A stretch of DNA of 63,735 nt. Source: Chiloscyllium plagiosum. Lineage: Eukaryota. The stretch spans positions 6,069,352 to 6,133,086 of the forward strand of contig NC_057758.1 of the NCBI RefSeq assembly GCF_004010195.1. The letters are read 5' to 3'. The first letter of the stretch is position 1, and the number at the start of each line of letters is the position of its first letter. The notes under the pieces are model-generated. The model searched no databases and had not been told where the DNA came from. It was given only the letters and a program-made list of their open reading frames with translations. Positions 12,491-25,306 of the stretch are shown piece by piece. A program made the position numbers and the translations under genes.

Positions 12491-13999
12491 TATATTATTA
12501 TCAGTGTAACAAAAAGAATTGAAACTGTAAGTCTTATTAAATATTTTCTATGAAAATAATATTTTAAGTTCTCAATACATACATATGTCTTTCTGTTAAC
12601 CCTTGTGCCGACAATCCTCACCTGTGGACCTCTAATGTACTGTGGTCACAATGCATTATTACACCCCAGTCCCATCTCCCACCTCCACCCGCACATGGAG
12701 GAAAACAGCGGTTGCAGGACTGGATGGAAGAGAAACAGACATTAAGATCATTTTTGTTCACAGCTGGCTGGACGTTGTGGCGAAATTTGTACATTTCCTG
12801 TAAAATTCCTTATGGGTGTGTTTGTGAAACTGTGAGTAAGGCCTGATTCTCTATCGGGGTTTTAGCGAAATAAACCTGGTCAAGCCTAAAAACAGCACCG
12901 AAACGGGGCATACTGCAGCAAAGCAGCATGTACTTAGAATTAAAGACTATAGGTAGATAATCTAAAGGAGAGTATTTGCCTGATTATATCACCTCAAAAC
13001 CTCAGGGAATATTGACGACATTCGTTCTCAACTTCAGTCTCCTGAGCAACAACAGCAAAAGTCAGCGATGGACATTCACTGGTTTATTTCTCAGCCCAAC
13101 CAGATTCCCACAAATTGGTTTGTATTTAAACGGTATTTGCTATTTATTGTCAGCCTATATTGATGGATATATTCCCTATGGAACCGATCCTCCTCATCAA
13201 TCAGATTCACACTGTCTGGTGTAATTTTCGACAAAGAATGGCAGATAACTGTCAATCTGTATATATGGTCGAAACTTCACACGAATCACCCTGACCACTC
13301 TGACTCATAGTTTTCAATTTACGTGTAACAAAACCATGCAGTTAAATGTCATGCTGCAACCACAGCTGCACTTCCTATTGGATCGCCCTTACAAACCAGA
13401 AGCATAATGCCAAGTTCAAATGTAACCAAACCTGGTAGTTTGCTGTTAATCTGCAGCACTGAATCCTTTATTCAAATAAATAATGGACCAATCAGCTATA
13501 TATTGCCAGTTCAAATGTAACCTGGTCTGACCAATAACTATCAATCTGCATCAATACGTTCATGGTCAACAGGAATACTCCGACGAATCCCTTCTAACTA
13601 ATCACTACTCTCCTGTCCTGAAGGATGAACGGTGTTTTTGAAAAATCAGTTTGAAATATCAGGAAATCTCTTGATGAATGCAAAGCAATCGTCTTCGACA
13701 TTTCCTTCAACAAGAATTCTGGTTAGTCTAGAAAAGCAGGCTATTGAACTGCAAACCTTGCGAAAACCAAGGTGAAATGAAGAGTTATTAAAATAAATGG
13801 AGCAAACATAAAATGCTGACTGTCTAACTTCGGATACCTGAGTCCACGTGGATGAGAACAGGCACTGTCCGACACCTTAGTATTATCTATATTCTGGCCA
13901 AAATGTGTTATTCCTCGTCTGTCTTATCAATCTGTCTTTTTAACACCATCATATGTAGGTGCAATATAAGGCCATACGGTGTTTCCAGACATTTGAAAC

Positions 14000-16900
14000 A
14001 TTCATTTGATCGTGAATGACCTGATCGTCCTCAAATTCACGTTCATCCCTTTTCCCTGGTTAAAAATCTATCCATCTGAACTTTAAATTTTCTAAAGGAT
14101 GTAATCGCAACAGCCTTCTGCGGGGAATATTTCCACACATAAACTAACTTGTAAGAAAATAAATTCCTCTTCAGCTGTGCTTGAAATTGGTGACACTTGA
14201 TCCTCACTATCAACCATAATACTGTATTTCAAGTCATCTGCCAATTTAATAATCATATGTTTCACATTCTCATCCAAGTTGTGAATACACAGTTCAGATT
14301 CCAGAAATATGCGGTCTTATTGCTTAAAAATAAAGAAGAAACTGTAAAAGAGAGACGAGGATACTTGTTTCTCTCCAAATCAGAGGGTTGTGAGTCTTTG
14401 GAAATGTCTTCCTGGAAAGGCAGTCTTTGCAAACATTTTTGTTACGGCAGATGTTGATAGATTCCGGAGGATTGAGGCAATCAAAGATGACCAGATGTAA
14501 GGCACGAATGCAGATTTGAGGATAAAATTGAAACAACCATGATCTTGCTGAGTGTGAATGGTTTCGGGCGGATTGGACACGAAGGGCTCAGTGGCCTATT
14601 CTTGTTCTGTGTCCGGGTGTTCAGATGATTTCACGGAGAATGTCTGCTGGCGTCTATAAGCAATACATGGTGTTTGCGACAGGGAGATACTTTAGGGTAT
14701 CCTGCCAACTCACTGGTCTATTCACTTCCTAATGCAAACCATGCATAGTTGCATTTCACTCCCTGTTGAACAATGTGGATTGTAATGAAATAAGACCAGT
14801 GCAGGTGGCTGGTCGGCAAACAATGTAATTTTGTTTGTTTTCTTCCTGCTCTATCCTGTTGTAACTCCCAATTTCCTTTCCAGTCTTTTAGCTGAGAACA
14901 TAAGGCCACTGGAATTCCCAGTGTTCCGCCCAAAGTGCCCTTCGAGTTGAAAAGAACGCTGCCTCTTCGACTCCCTCCTCACCCAAACCCTCACTGCCCC
15001 ACGCACGGCCACCTCTGCCATGAAGCCTGCAGAACGAACCAGTGATTGGCTTCAGGCTGCAGTTTGAGTGTGTTCGGGAACAGAATAATAAAGTACAAGG
15101 TTATTGGAAATGTGTGAAATGATACTTGAATTCTACACTAGATTCCCATTACCCCAAACGTTAGCACATGGTTTTGGATATTAGGATATTTCAAGGAGTT
15201 AATCCAAAGGCTTTTAAATGTTTGTCATGTTAACCGCCTCACCTATCAACAAGGCAATGCATTGTAGATGCCCAAAACCCTCTGTTGGAAAATGTTTCTC
15301 CTCACCTCCTCTTTCAACATTCTCCCCATCAATTCCGAAATGTATTGACACGGTATTAACCTTTCATCTGGGGGGAGCAGGTGTTTTATGTTAACTCTGT
15401 TTTCCCTCATAAGGAGAAAATGAGGAATGCAGATGCTGGAGGTCAGAGTGAGAGTGTAATGAACGTCTTATGCCCGAAATGTTGATTCTTCTGCTCCTCG
15501 GATGCTGTCTGACCTGCTGTGCTTTTCCAGCAACACACTCTTGACCCCGTGACCCTCATAGTATTTTCACCTCCCGAGTCTCTCCCCTACCTCCAGTGCT
15601 CCAAAGAAAACAAGCAGAGCATATCCATCCTCTCTGCATTAAAAAAACGTTATTCAATAAACAATAGAAGAGTACAGCACAAGACGGAGCACGTCTGCCC
15701 AACATGTCTCTTAGAAACACAGTGTCATTGTACATTCTGCTGATCTGTTTGCATATGGCCTGTCTCCCTGTGTTCTCTGACTATGCATAAATGTATATCT
15801 TCTTTGCTGTAAGTAAGCATTTCCACCATCTCCCTTGGCAGTGTCATCCAGACGCCAAACACCGACTGCGAAAATGTTTTCCTCGCTATTTTCCTTGAGA
15901 CTTTTCCCCTCTCACCTTGGACCAAAGCACGCTAGTATTTCATCTTTCCAAGCTGGAGGAAAGGCGCTGACGAGATAATTTACACATGCTTCTCATAATT
16001 GTATATACACTGCACAGGTCCCTGAGCCTCCAAAACCCTAGCAAAAACAATCTAGCATTATGCAATTTCTAATCATTGATGATATTCTGCCATCCAGATG
16101 ACACTCTTTTAAATCTCTTTACTCACTCTCCAGAATCTCCACACCAGAACTTTGCACTGTCCTCCACTTTGGGCATAACCAAGACCTGCTGAGCAGCTAG
16201 GCTTCTCCAAGCAAAATGCAATCAATGTATGTTGTTTGTTTTCTGAACTTCCTCTCTGTCGCTTTTTTTAAGACACTGATCTGAATGTGAAATGAGACCT
16301 AGACAATCAATGTTTCTCATGTTCACACAATTTTATTCACATGGCTGAGAAAACAGTGTCTGGTCTCAATGGATTAGCACAATCAAGTGGAGGCTGAAAT
16401 GTTGAGATGACAGATCTCTCCAGTCAGAAACTCAGATGCTTTCCAGCGTTGACATTCCATCTTTGATGTTAGAGAGGTAAACAACACCATCGCATACACG
16501 GGCATTTCCCTTCTACCAACTTTGCCTTTCGTTTCTCACATTGTAGTCTACTGCAGAACCTTCCACCCCCATCACATAAATCGATAGGAGCTAGAATAAA
16601 GAATTAAAAAAGATTGATTGATCTTATCAGTCAGACACAATATACTTTCGATTATCGGTTGATAAAATTGTTATTTTTTTTCAGATGAGCAGATCAGTGA
16701 CAGGTCAAATTAAAACCTGAAGTGTAAGGTGATGTACGTTGGAAGCAGGAGCAAGATAAAGGAGCATTCAATGAAAGGCGGGTCACGAGGAAGCTGAAAG
16801 GGGCACAGGGATATTAATCTGCTTGTCCACACTTTTCCTGAATGTGGTAGGAGTGAATAATAGGGGAGAGAAGAATGCAAAAGAACATCTTGGCTTTATC

Positions 16901-18180
16901 AATCGTGACATATATATTAAGAGCAAGGAGGTTATTTTGCTGCTATACAGGACTTTGGTGAGACGCCGGGTGGAGAACTGGACGGAGTCCTGTTCTCTAC
17001 CGAAAGGCTGTGGTTGGACTGTAGAGGATGCAGAGGATATTCACCAAGACATGCCGCACTTACCAATTGAAGAGATGTTGAGCAGCTCGAGATGTTTCTA
17101 ATTGAGAATGAAGGGTTGAGATGGTGTCTGTATGATGTATTTAAGATAATGAATGGTGTGGACAGGTTGAATAGAAAATAGTGGCGAAGTCAAAGGGCTA
17201 ATGCAAGGGGGGGCACAATTTTCATGTAAACGTCACGATGTTTAGAACAGATTTGAGGGTAAATGGTTTCAAACAGAAGCAAGTGGGTTCCTGCAATGTA
17301 TTGTCTGGTAGAATATTTGATTCTACCAGACAATACAGGAAATCTCAAAACCTTTTCAGAATGAGAGTGATGGGTGCGTTGAATTTACTGCCTTCAGTTG
17401 TAATAGAACGAAATACTTAAGGGACACTTTAGCGACTCTTGGATACACACATGTGAGATCCTACAATGAAGTATGTAGTTTAGACTGATATTAGAGTAGA
17501 ATAAAAGATCGGCGCACATTCGAGGGCCGGATTGTCTGGACTGTGCTGTGCTGACCTGCTCTATGTTTTATGTTCTAAGACGTGGATGAACACTTGCAGA
17601 ATTTTTTTCGATTCGGGCTATATGCCAGACTTTGGTTAATGGGGCTGTTGTAGATTTCAAAGTGCTGTTTCATGGTTTAGACAAGATGGAGTGCAGGGTC
17701 TCTCCGAGGCTCTGATTCTATGATCGAACGCTCCATCACACACAAACCCCCACCCTTCAGCCAAAGCCCCTGGTTCACTCCCCTCTGAGGGAATAAATGT
17801 CTTCACATTTCTGTGTTTAATTGGTGGCACCTCATTAAGTAATGATGCCCTGTTCTGAAACTTTCCAAGAAGGGGTACTAACAGCTCTTCAGCAACGCTG
17901 TCAAATCCACTAAGAATATTAAATGTTTCAATAAGGTCGCTTCTCGTTCCTCTGCACTGCACTCAGCGCAGGCCCAACATAATCAACGCCTCATCACAAA
18001 ACAATACCTCCACAAATGATTACAGCTGAATGAACTCTCAATGGACTGCCCCCAAATACAGTTTACATTTCCTTCACTAAGGGAACAAAAATTGTTCACA
18101 CTTTTCTCGCTGTGTTATAACTGGAGCCTTGGAGACTTTTAGATAACCTCCTGACTTTTATCCTACAATCTCTTTGATTT
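14000..18180. mobile_element. Stack of decayed CR1 3' fragments in both orientations, with unique islands at ~14620-15090 and ~16200-16680
   Basis: Remnants of LYRTLVRP.LEYC, RG..F..R..F.QRVV..WN.LP and TTCTATG-like tails: minus 14000-14290, 15090-16200, 17690-18180; plus 14290-14620, 16680-17650. Confidence 0.8.
15415..15545. mobile_element. Penelope terminal-repeat fragment with degenerate hammerhead
   Basis: GCAGATGCTGGAG..AGAG, CTTATGCCCGAAATGTTGATTC, CTGACCTGCTGTGCTTTTCCAGC. Confidence 0.75.
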
Positions 18181-18698
18181 TTGCCATGAATAGGTCACAC
18201 TTTTGGCGAAGCTGCATTCGAATTAGCCTCTTCAAAGATGTTATTGTTCACCCGTGGATCCAGTAGGACCAGAACAAAGATCTTCCCATCTCATAAATAG
18301 GGACACTGTGTGTGTACCACAAGAACTCACTGTTACTGAAGTGCAGTATGATGATGGGATGCCTGACGTGGCAGGGAACAACTCCTTGGCCAATAATGTT
18401 TGCAATGAGCAAGACTGCATGCGCACAATAGCTTGGAAATTCCAATCAGTAATTTTCTGAGTGGAATAATGTTTCTTTTCAATAATTATGGAAACTGCGT
18501 GGGCATGTGGAAGGAACACACATGATCCAACCGAACAGAAATAAAAACTTATAGACCACAGTGGCCATTGTTCCAACCCATGGTTGCCGACGGGAGATGC
18601 ACAAACCTCTACATGCAAGGTCAAAAAATGTACATACCAATAGTATTAGGTTCCATAAGCATGCGGGCTCCAAGCAGCAACACCAGTGTCATCCACAT
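16440..18698 (-). pseudogene. Candidate IgSF receptor copy 2: leader exon, half-V-like exon and possible Tyr-motif tail exon
   Basis: Leader 18698-18638 MWMTLVLLLGARMLMEPNTI-G|gtatgt; exon 18494-18331 (acgcag| ... |gtgagt, 164 nt, phase 1 to 0, open); PVYAMV at 16503-16485 after a ctgcag acceptor. Second half of V and TM not found. Confidence 0.4.
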
Positions 18699-18939
18699 CT
18701 CTGTTGTGATTCTGAGAGGGAGAATGTTAAGATTCGAACAAAGTTCCACTTCTTATGAGCTAATAGATTACTGTGGTATTATTAATTATTGACACAATAG
18801 CGACTGGCTCCCCTTCAGGTTCTATTAAGATGTAGCTTACTAACTGAGACTGATGACAGCTCGAATCTACGATTAAATGGATCATAAACGGAACAGAGAC
18901 ACTGGCCTCACTATTGAATGAAATGACAGAGATCAAATA

Positions 18940-21290
18940 TCAGTTATTCTTAGGAACAGGAGGTGGTTATTCAACCAGTCGACCCCTGTCAGTCACTCAA
19001 CAATATCGTGGCTGATATGTGGGTAACTACATTTGCCTGCCCTGGGCACATAACCTTGATACCCTTGGTAAATTTTATAAGCATGTCTCTTTCAGTTATA
19101 CATTTAAAAATTGCATTAGCATCGACTGCTGTTTGAGGAAGAGAGTCCCAAATCTCGAATACTCTTTGTCTGCAGAATTGTTCTCTATCATGTCTCCTGA
19201 ATGGCCTGGACCTGACTCTTAGACTACCACGTGGGCGTCACTGGCTGAGCCCAATAATTCGCGTTAACCTTCTAAATTCTAGAGTAGAAAGGCCCAATTG
19301 CTCTAGTCTCTCCTCAGTGTGTAAACAAACAAAATTCAAGTATCGTCATGGTAAACTTGCACTGAATGCCGTCTAGGATCTAAACCTTCTTCGTAACGTA
19401 TGGTGCCAGGCTTTTTCCACGGTACTTTCAGAGAGCAACGGACTTGGATCCAAGATGCATCTCTGTACTCTCTTCTCAATACTTTTTTTGATGTGATGGG
19501 CCTTATATTTACCATCCTTGCAGTTCCAGAATCTCACCACCTATTGAGCAATAAATCAAATTCCTAGTCCCCTCTAAATCGTTTACCCTTTACTGTAGAT
19601 CTATATCCCCTGTCTTTGATCCGACTATAAGGCGGAACAGTTGTTTCTGCGACCTGTCAATTGTTTTCTTCTTTTGTAGACCACTATCATGTCATCGCTC
19701 AAGATGCTTTCTTCTGTGAAAACATATTCAGTCCTTTCAAGCTCTGTTCACACCAGAAACTCTTAAATTCAGGCAACACGACAGCTAATCTGCTCTATCA
19801 ACCACAATCTCGTCCCCACCTTCACGTTACGCCGCAGTTTTATCACACCCCTCCTAAAACGTGGATTCCAGAACTGCGCCCTCCACTCTGCCTGTAACCT
19901 GAGCAATGCTTTATGCAGTTCCAGCAGAACGGTTCTCAGCGGCATCATGACTGATTCAGATCTTTAGTGAACTGAACGACAGTTGATGACTCCAGCAGAG
20001 ACCTGAAAAGCTCCGCAGAAGTTATGCAAGACATGTTCGACTTGGAGAACTGTTTCCTGTACAGGCTGACAGTAGCTGAGGGGTGGAGCACCCTCTTGAC
20101 TTCACCAATGCACTCTGATTCTACTTGCCCACCATGCTCATGTAAGGGTTTCCTAAACTAATCACAAGTCAGGAGGCACTATCTGATGTGGAAAGGTTTA
20201 GTTGGTGGTCGTGTACTCATTGACGTTTCATAGAACGAGGGGCAACTATATTGAAATATACCAGATTCGCAGAGGACTTGACAACGCAGATGACCATAGG
20301 CTGTTTCCTCTTGTCAGAAACTCTACGACCACAGGATAACATCTCAGAACAAGGGGTTGCCCATTTCTGGCAGAAATGAAAATGGTTTTCTTCTCTCAGG
20401 TGGCAGTAAATCCTCAGAATTATTTACAGTCAGGGGCTGTGGACGTTAAGTTCACTTCACGCTCTGATTCAAAGATTTTTAATCAGGAAAGGTATCGAAG
20501 GCTATGGGAAAACGACAAGAAAGTTGAGGTGAGGATGATCACGTCAACCATCATTTCATTGACAGAACCGTCTCAATGGGCATTCCAGCTCTGCTGAAAA
20601 TCTACTATTTGAGGTAAAGAGGAGAAAACTACACACAGTACTGAAGTGGTAGTCTCACACATGTTCTGTGCAACTTCAGTGATCCATCCCTACTTCTGAA
20701 CTTCAAACCTCTTGCAAAGAAGGCTACCATACCGATAGCCTTCAAAAGCTTGCTGCAACTCAGACAGTGAGTTAGCTGTTGGTTTACAATGGCCACACAG
20801 TTTCCAAGCAGCTTGTGAAAGAATACCAGACAGGATGGCGACTGGCTCCGTTTCAGAGCCAAACACCGAAGAAATCACCAGCGGCTCATAAGAAATGTTT
20901 AACTATTGGCATACAGCTGATAGTCGTTTAACCAAAAGGTTACCACACCACAGCCGAGGGACTAACTTCAGAAGATTGGACCTGCATGGAATTAATAACT
21001 TGGGGCAAGGAAATTAACGTTCTGTCGCATGAATTGCAGACTACCAAACCGGTTTAAAGGCAGTTTATGCAAGGGACAGAAGTAGGGTATAGAAAGATAC
21101 TGATATTTCAGATGAGTGTGCAAAGAAAATGGTAAATGGTGCATAATATGGGATGATGTGAAGTTGTTCATTTGCGAAGGGAGAACGAAAGTACAAAATG
21201 TTATTTAAATGGAGAAAGCTGCAGCACCAGGACACTGTTTTACATGTGCACGAAGCACAGAATGCAGCAGGTCAAAAGAACGCAAAGTGT
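18940..21290. mobile_element. Decayed CR1 fragments, mixed orientation
   Basis: RT C-terminal remnants, e.g. FFSQVAVN (20376) and LHRTCVRLPLQYC (20629-20760). Confidence 0.75.
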
Positions 21291-21319
21291 TATTTCGAGT
21301 TTTTCTTTTTACGTTATTC

Positions 21320-23620
21320 ATTGAGGGGATGCTACATCGTGGGATGGACAGAATTTTTTGCACGTCATTAATTAATCTTGAGAAGGTAGTGGTGAGCTTT
21401 CTTCTTTAACCGCTGCAGTCCTGCGATGCGTTCAACCACCATGCCATAGGGAAGAAATTAAAACGTTATGATCCAACAATAATAACTCGCCTTAACAATT
21501 TTCGACCCAAATTCATGACCCCGCACTTATTCACGTTAAACTTCATCGACAACATTTTGGCCCACTCTCCTCATATATCTATATTAATTTCTATGGTTTT
21601 TATTTCCTCCATGCAATTTATCATCCCGCCCATTTTTGGGTTGTCCGCAAATTTGTCTATAGCCCCTTCTATTTCTGTATTGAAATGGTTAATGTAGATT
21701 GTAAATAGCTTGTGTCCAAATGTAGGAACGGCGCAATACTTCCAATTCAGAATGTTTAGTGGCTCAGGTAGAAACTTCGATGTTGTGGTATTCTCATATA
21801 TCTGCCTCCCTTGTTCCTCTCGATGGATGTGCCCATGGATGGTGCGTCTGGGAATATTTGGTGAATTTCTGCAGTGCCTTTGTTGAAGGTAAACACTGTT
21901 GCTGACGAGATTCGTTGGTGCAGGGAGTGGATGCTTGCGGATGAAGTGCCTATTAAGCGTCCTGCTTTGTCCTGATATTGTCAAGCATTTTGCAAGTTTT
22001 TTAGGCTGCATCTATCCAGGCACGGAGGGCGTAATCCATCACACTCCTGACTTATGACTTGTAGGTTGTGGACAGGCTTTAGGGAATCACGGAGTCAACT
22101 ACTCGCCGTTTCTGCCTTGCATTCGCCGCTTCTGGCTTGTATTCATCACTTCTGGCTTGTTCGTACAGCCGTTTTGTTTCAGTGGTCAGTCAACTTCTGG
22201 TTCTGGTCAATGATAACCTCAGGATGTTGACAGTCGGTGATTCAGTGATGGTAACACCATTGAGCACAATGGATCATCCATTTGGCACGTCAAGCTGAGA
22301 ATTGATGGAAATGCTTGAAACGTGTGTTTTACTCTCATATAGCGCACTCTTGCATCATTGTGAATGGGCATATTTACGAAGCCTTCTCCTCCAGCGAGTT
22401 GCTTCATCGTCCATCGCCATTCATGACATGATATGGCAGGAGTGCACATTTTAGATCTGATCTGTTCGGTCGTGCGATCGCTTAGGTCTATCACTCCGCT
22501 GTATGCAGTTTGGAATACAAGCAGCCCTGTTTAGTATCTTCACTACGTTTGCACTTTATCTTCAAGTATGACTGTTGCTGCTCATGACATGACCTCGTGT
22601 GCTTTTCATTACCTGGTTCATGACCTCATTGAACCAGGGTTTATCTCCTGGCTTGATGGCTTTGACTGAGTGTGGGATATGCTGGGCCATGATGATCCAG
22701 ATTGTGCTGAGGTACATTTATGTTCCTGTTGATAACCCAAAGCTCCTCATGGATACTTAGTGATGAGTTTCTGGGTATGCTGGAATTTCGTCACTTTATC
22801 ACGATGATAGTGTCACACAACACGGTGGAGGCTATTCCTAACGTGAAGTTCGGATTTCATCTCCACAACACAGTGCGGTAGTCACTCTTACCGATACTAT
22901 CAATGACAGTTGGAGCTGCAGCTGCCAGGTTGGTGAGGGTGAGGACAAGTCTGTTTTCACCTCTGTTTTCTACCTCATCATTTGCTACAGATTCAGTCAA
23001 ACAATTAAACAGTTCTTTGAGGAGAAAGTGAGGTCTGCAGATGCTGGAGATCAGAGCTGGAAATGTGTTGCTGGAAAAGCGCAGCAGGTCAGGCAGCATC
23101 CAGGGAACAGGAGAATCGACGTTTCGGGCATAAGCCTTCTCCTCCAGCGAGTTGCTTCATCGTCCATTGCTGACTATTGCTGAAAAGAATTGGTGAGGCA
23201 GTTCTCCCAACTTTGGCACTAAACCTCGGAGGACTTTGCAGTGTCCACAGGGCTGATTCTGTTTGTTTTTACCTGTGTATTGGTCGATGACAAATGATCC
23301 ATTCAATTTCAATTGTTTTAGAATTTGTAGCAATTGGTACACCTGAATGGCTTGCAAGGCTATTTCAGAGGTCAATTGACAGTTACTCAAATTGTTCTGT
23401 GTGCAGTTACATTTATGTCAAAGCAGGTGAGGATGGCAGATTTCCGACCATGCAAATGGTTAGTGAATCAGATGGTTTGTTTTTGATAATCGGCAATGAA
23501 TTCATAGTCATCATGGTATTCTGAATTCCAGGTTTGTTTCTTACTGAATTCAAATTCCACTGTATGCTACGTTGGGAATCGTACCCGCCGCCCCATAAGA
23601 TTATCTTCGGCTCTGGATTC
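21320..23620 (-). mobile_element. Old CR1/L2-group LINE (EN plus RT remnants) with nested CR1 and Penelope scraps
   Basis: EN C-terminus LVLTLTNL...DSIGKSDYRTV (22860-22950); CR1 piece LFTIYIN...KFADN.K.GG (21571-21720). Confidence 0.7.
23020..23136. mobile_element. Young Penelope terminal fragment
   Basis: AAGTGAGGTCTGCAGATGCTGGAGATCAGAG...GAATCGACGTTTCGGGCATAAGCC (hammerhead stems II and III on the minus strand; CUGANGA truncated). Confidence 0.85.
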
Positions 23621-23824
23621 TTAGTTCACCGTTATTAAAACCAGCTCGTTGCCTTCTCCTTGGAGTATAAGAATTGGAAAGTCTCACTGCAAACTTACAA
23701 TTTACTGGGGAGGCCATATCATGAACACTCTGAGCAATTTCGATACAAACATTTTCAGATTTATGCCATTTCATTGGACAAATAAAAAATAAAACTTTGT
23801 GGAATTACTGTGGAAGTAGAAATG

Positions 23825-23880
23825 GAGAGAGGCAGAGAGATAGAGAGAGAGAGAGAGAGAGACAGAGAGAGAGAGCGATC
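23825..23880 (+). repeat. (GA)n microsatellite
   Basis: Seen directly. Confidence 0.9.
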
Positions 23881-24092
23881 AGGTCGGGACAGCGAGTTCA
23901 AGATGCACAGATAGAGACAAGCAGAGGGAAAAGCAGAGTGAGCTGCTGAAAAGGTGGCACATCCGAAAAGGTGAAGAAATAAAGTAAACAATCGATAGCA
24001 CTCTCCAGAATTCTTGGTGGTCGCAAAGTGTTGAGCAAACATGTCGTGAATCGTGTGTGGTGTCAGTGCTTTAATGGGAAAGACAATGCTGC

Positions 24093-24196
24093 TAATTTGC
24101 ATACCATTAGCTCCCAGAGTTCCTTGGAAATTACTGGCTGGTCTGGCCGAGCACTGAGGTAATGGGACGGCAAATCTGAAGGCTTGGTTCCAAGAA
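24093..24196. promoter_or_regulatory. Candidate lymphoid enhancer or promoter (octamer plus STAT-type sites)
   Basis: TAATTTGCAT 24093-24102, TTCCTTGGAA 24121-24130 and TTCCAAGAA 24188-24196 in non-repeat sequence. Confidence 0.3.
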
Positions 24197-24309
24197 ATGT
24201 TTGAGTTTGCAAGATATTCTTTTACCCGGAGAGAGCTGAGAGGACAGTGAGTTGGAATATGAGGCCATTCGGTGTTATGTTGGTTAACGGTAAACAACCA
24301 TGCGAAGTC

Positions 24310-25305
24310 CATAAGACCACACGAGAAAAAATAATGCTTTTTGGCCCATCAAGTCTGCTCTGCCATTCGATCATGTCCATTTGAGTTTTAGACACCATTT
24401 TCCAGGTTTCTCCACGTAAACTATGAATCCCCCGACAATCAAGATCTCATCTGTGCCTATCTTAAATACGTGCCCTCAACAGTCTTCTGTGGCAATGAAT
24501 TGCACAGATTTACCACACGGTAGTTGAAGAACATTCCTCTTATCTCCGTTCTAAAGTGTCTTACCTTTACTCTCAAGTTGTGCCTTCGGCTCATTGTGAA
24601 TGGAAGCATTATCACAACCTCCATTCTGTCCAGGCCATTCATTGTTCTGTCCGTTTCAGCCCGATCACCCCATATTACTCTATCATCCACAGAGTACATT
24701 TCCATTGTCACTAATATATCCTCACAAGTAACATCTTTCATTTCTGGCATTATTCTCGTGTTCATCCTCTGAGCCCGTTTCTGATGTATGAGCTCTAAAT
24801 TACTCACAATACTCTCAGTGTGGTTTGACCAGAGCCTTAAACATCATCCGAAGTGCATGCCGACATTTCTCTTCCAGTCCGCTCGAGATGATTTACTACA
24901 TTGCATTTGCCTTCCTAATTACACACACAGCCTGCAATTTTACTTTGAGAGAATCCTGGATGAGGACGTCCAAGACACTTTTACACCTGATTTCTGAACT
25001 TTCTAGCCGTATTTAAAATACTCCATTCTTCTATTCCTTCGAGGAAAGTGCATGACTTCACACTTTCCCACATTGTGTTTCATTCCTAGCCCATTCTCAC
25101 AATCTGTGCAAATATTTCTGTGGCCTTCCGGACTTCACAATACTACTGGTCCCTCCACTTAACTTGTATCATCTGCAATTTAGCCGACTACCCACAGATC
25201 CTTCATCCAGATCATCAGCAATTAAAGTGAAAAGTTATGGTCCCAACACGATCCCTTGTGGAATACCATCTGTCACTGACTTCCATCCTGAGAAGGGTCA
25301 TTTTT
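24310..25305 (-). mobile_element. CR1 LINE 3' part
   Basis: ORF 24457-24807 (FRTEIRG.FF..RVVNLCNSLP); CATAAGACC tail. Confidence 0.9.
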
Positions 25306-25306
25306 G

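Noticed and set aside
13405..13530. Short repeats (TGCCA.GTTCAAATGTAACC twice; also 20-bp units at 22108-22165) as a CRISPR-like array
   Set aside because: Only 2-3 degenerate copies, no spacer regularity, eukaryotic context.
14870..15060. Strong plus-strand acceptor and kB-like TGGAATTCCC
   Set aside because: No sustained open frame or donor; a single short motif is insufficient.
18270..18310. CACAGTG heptamer after a V-like exon (possible RSS)
   Set aside because: No ACAAAAACC-like nonamer at 12 or 23 bp; no evidence of rearranging segments in the window.
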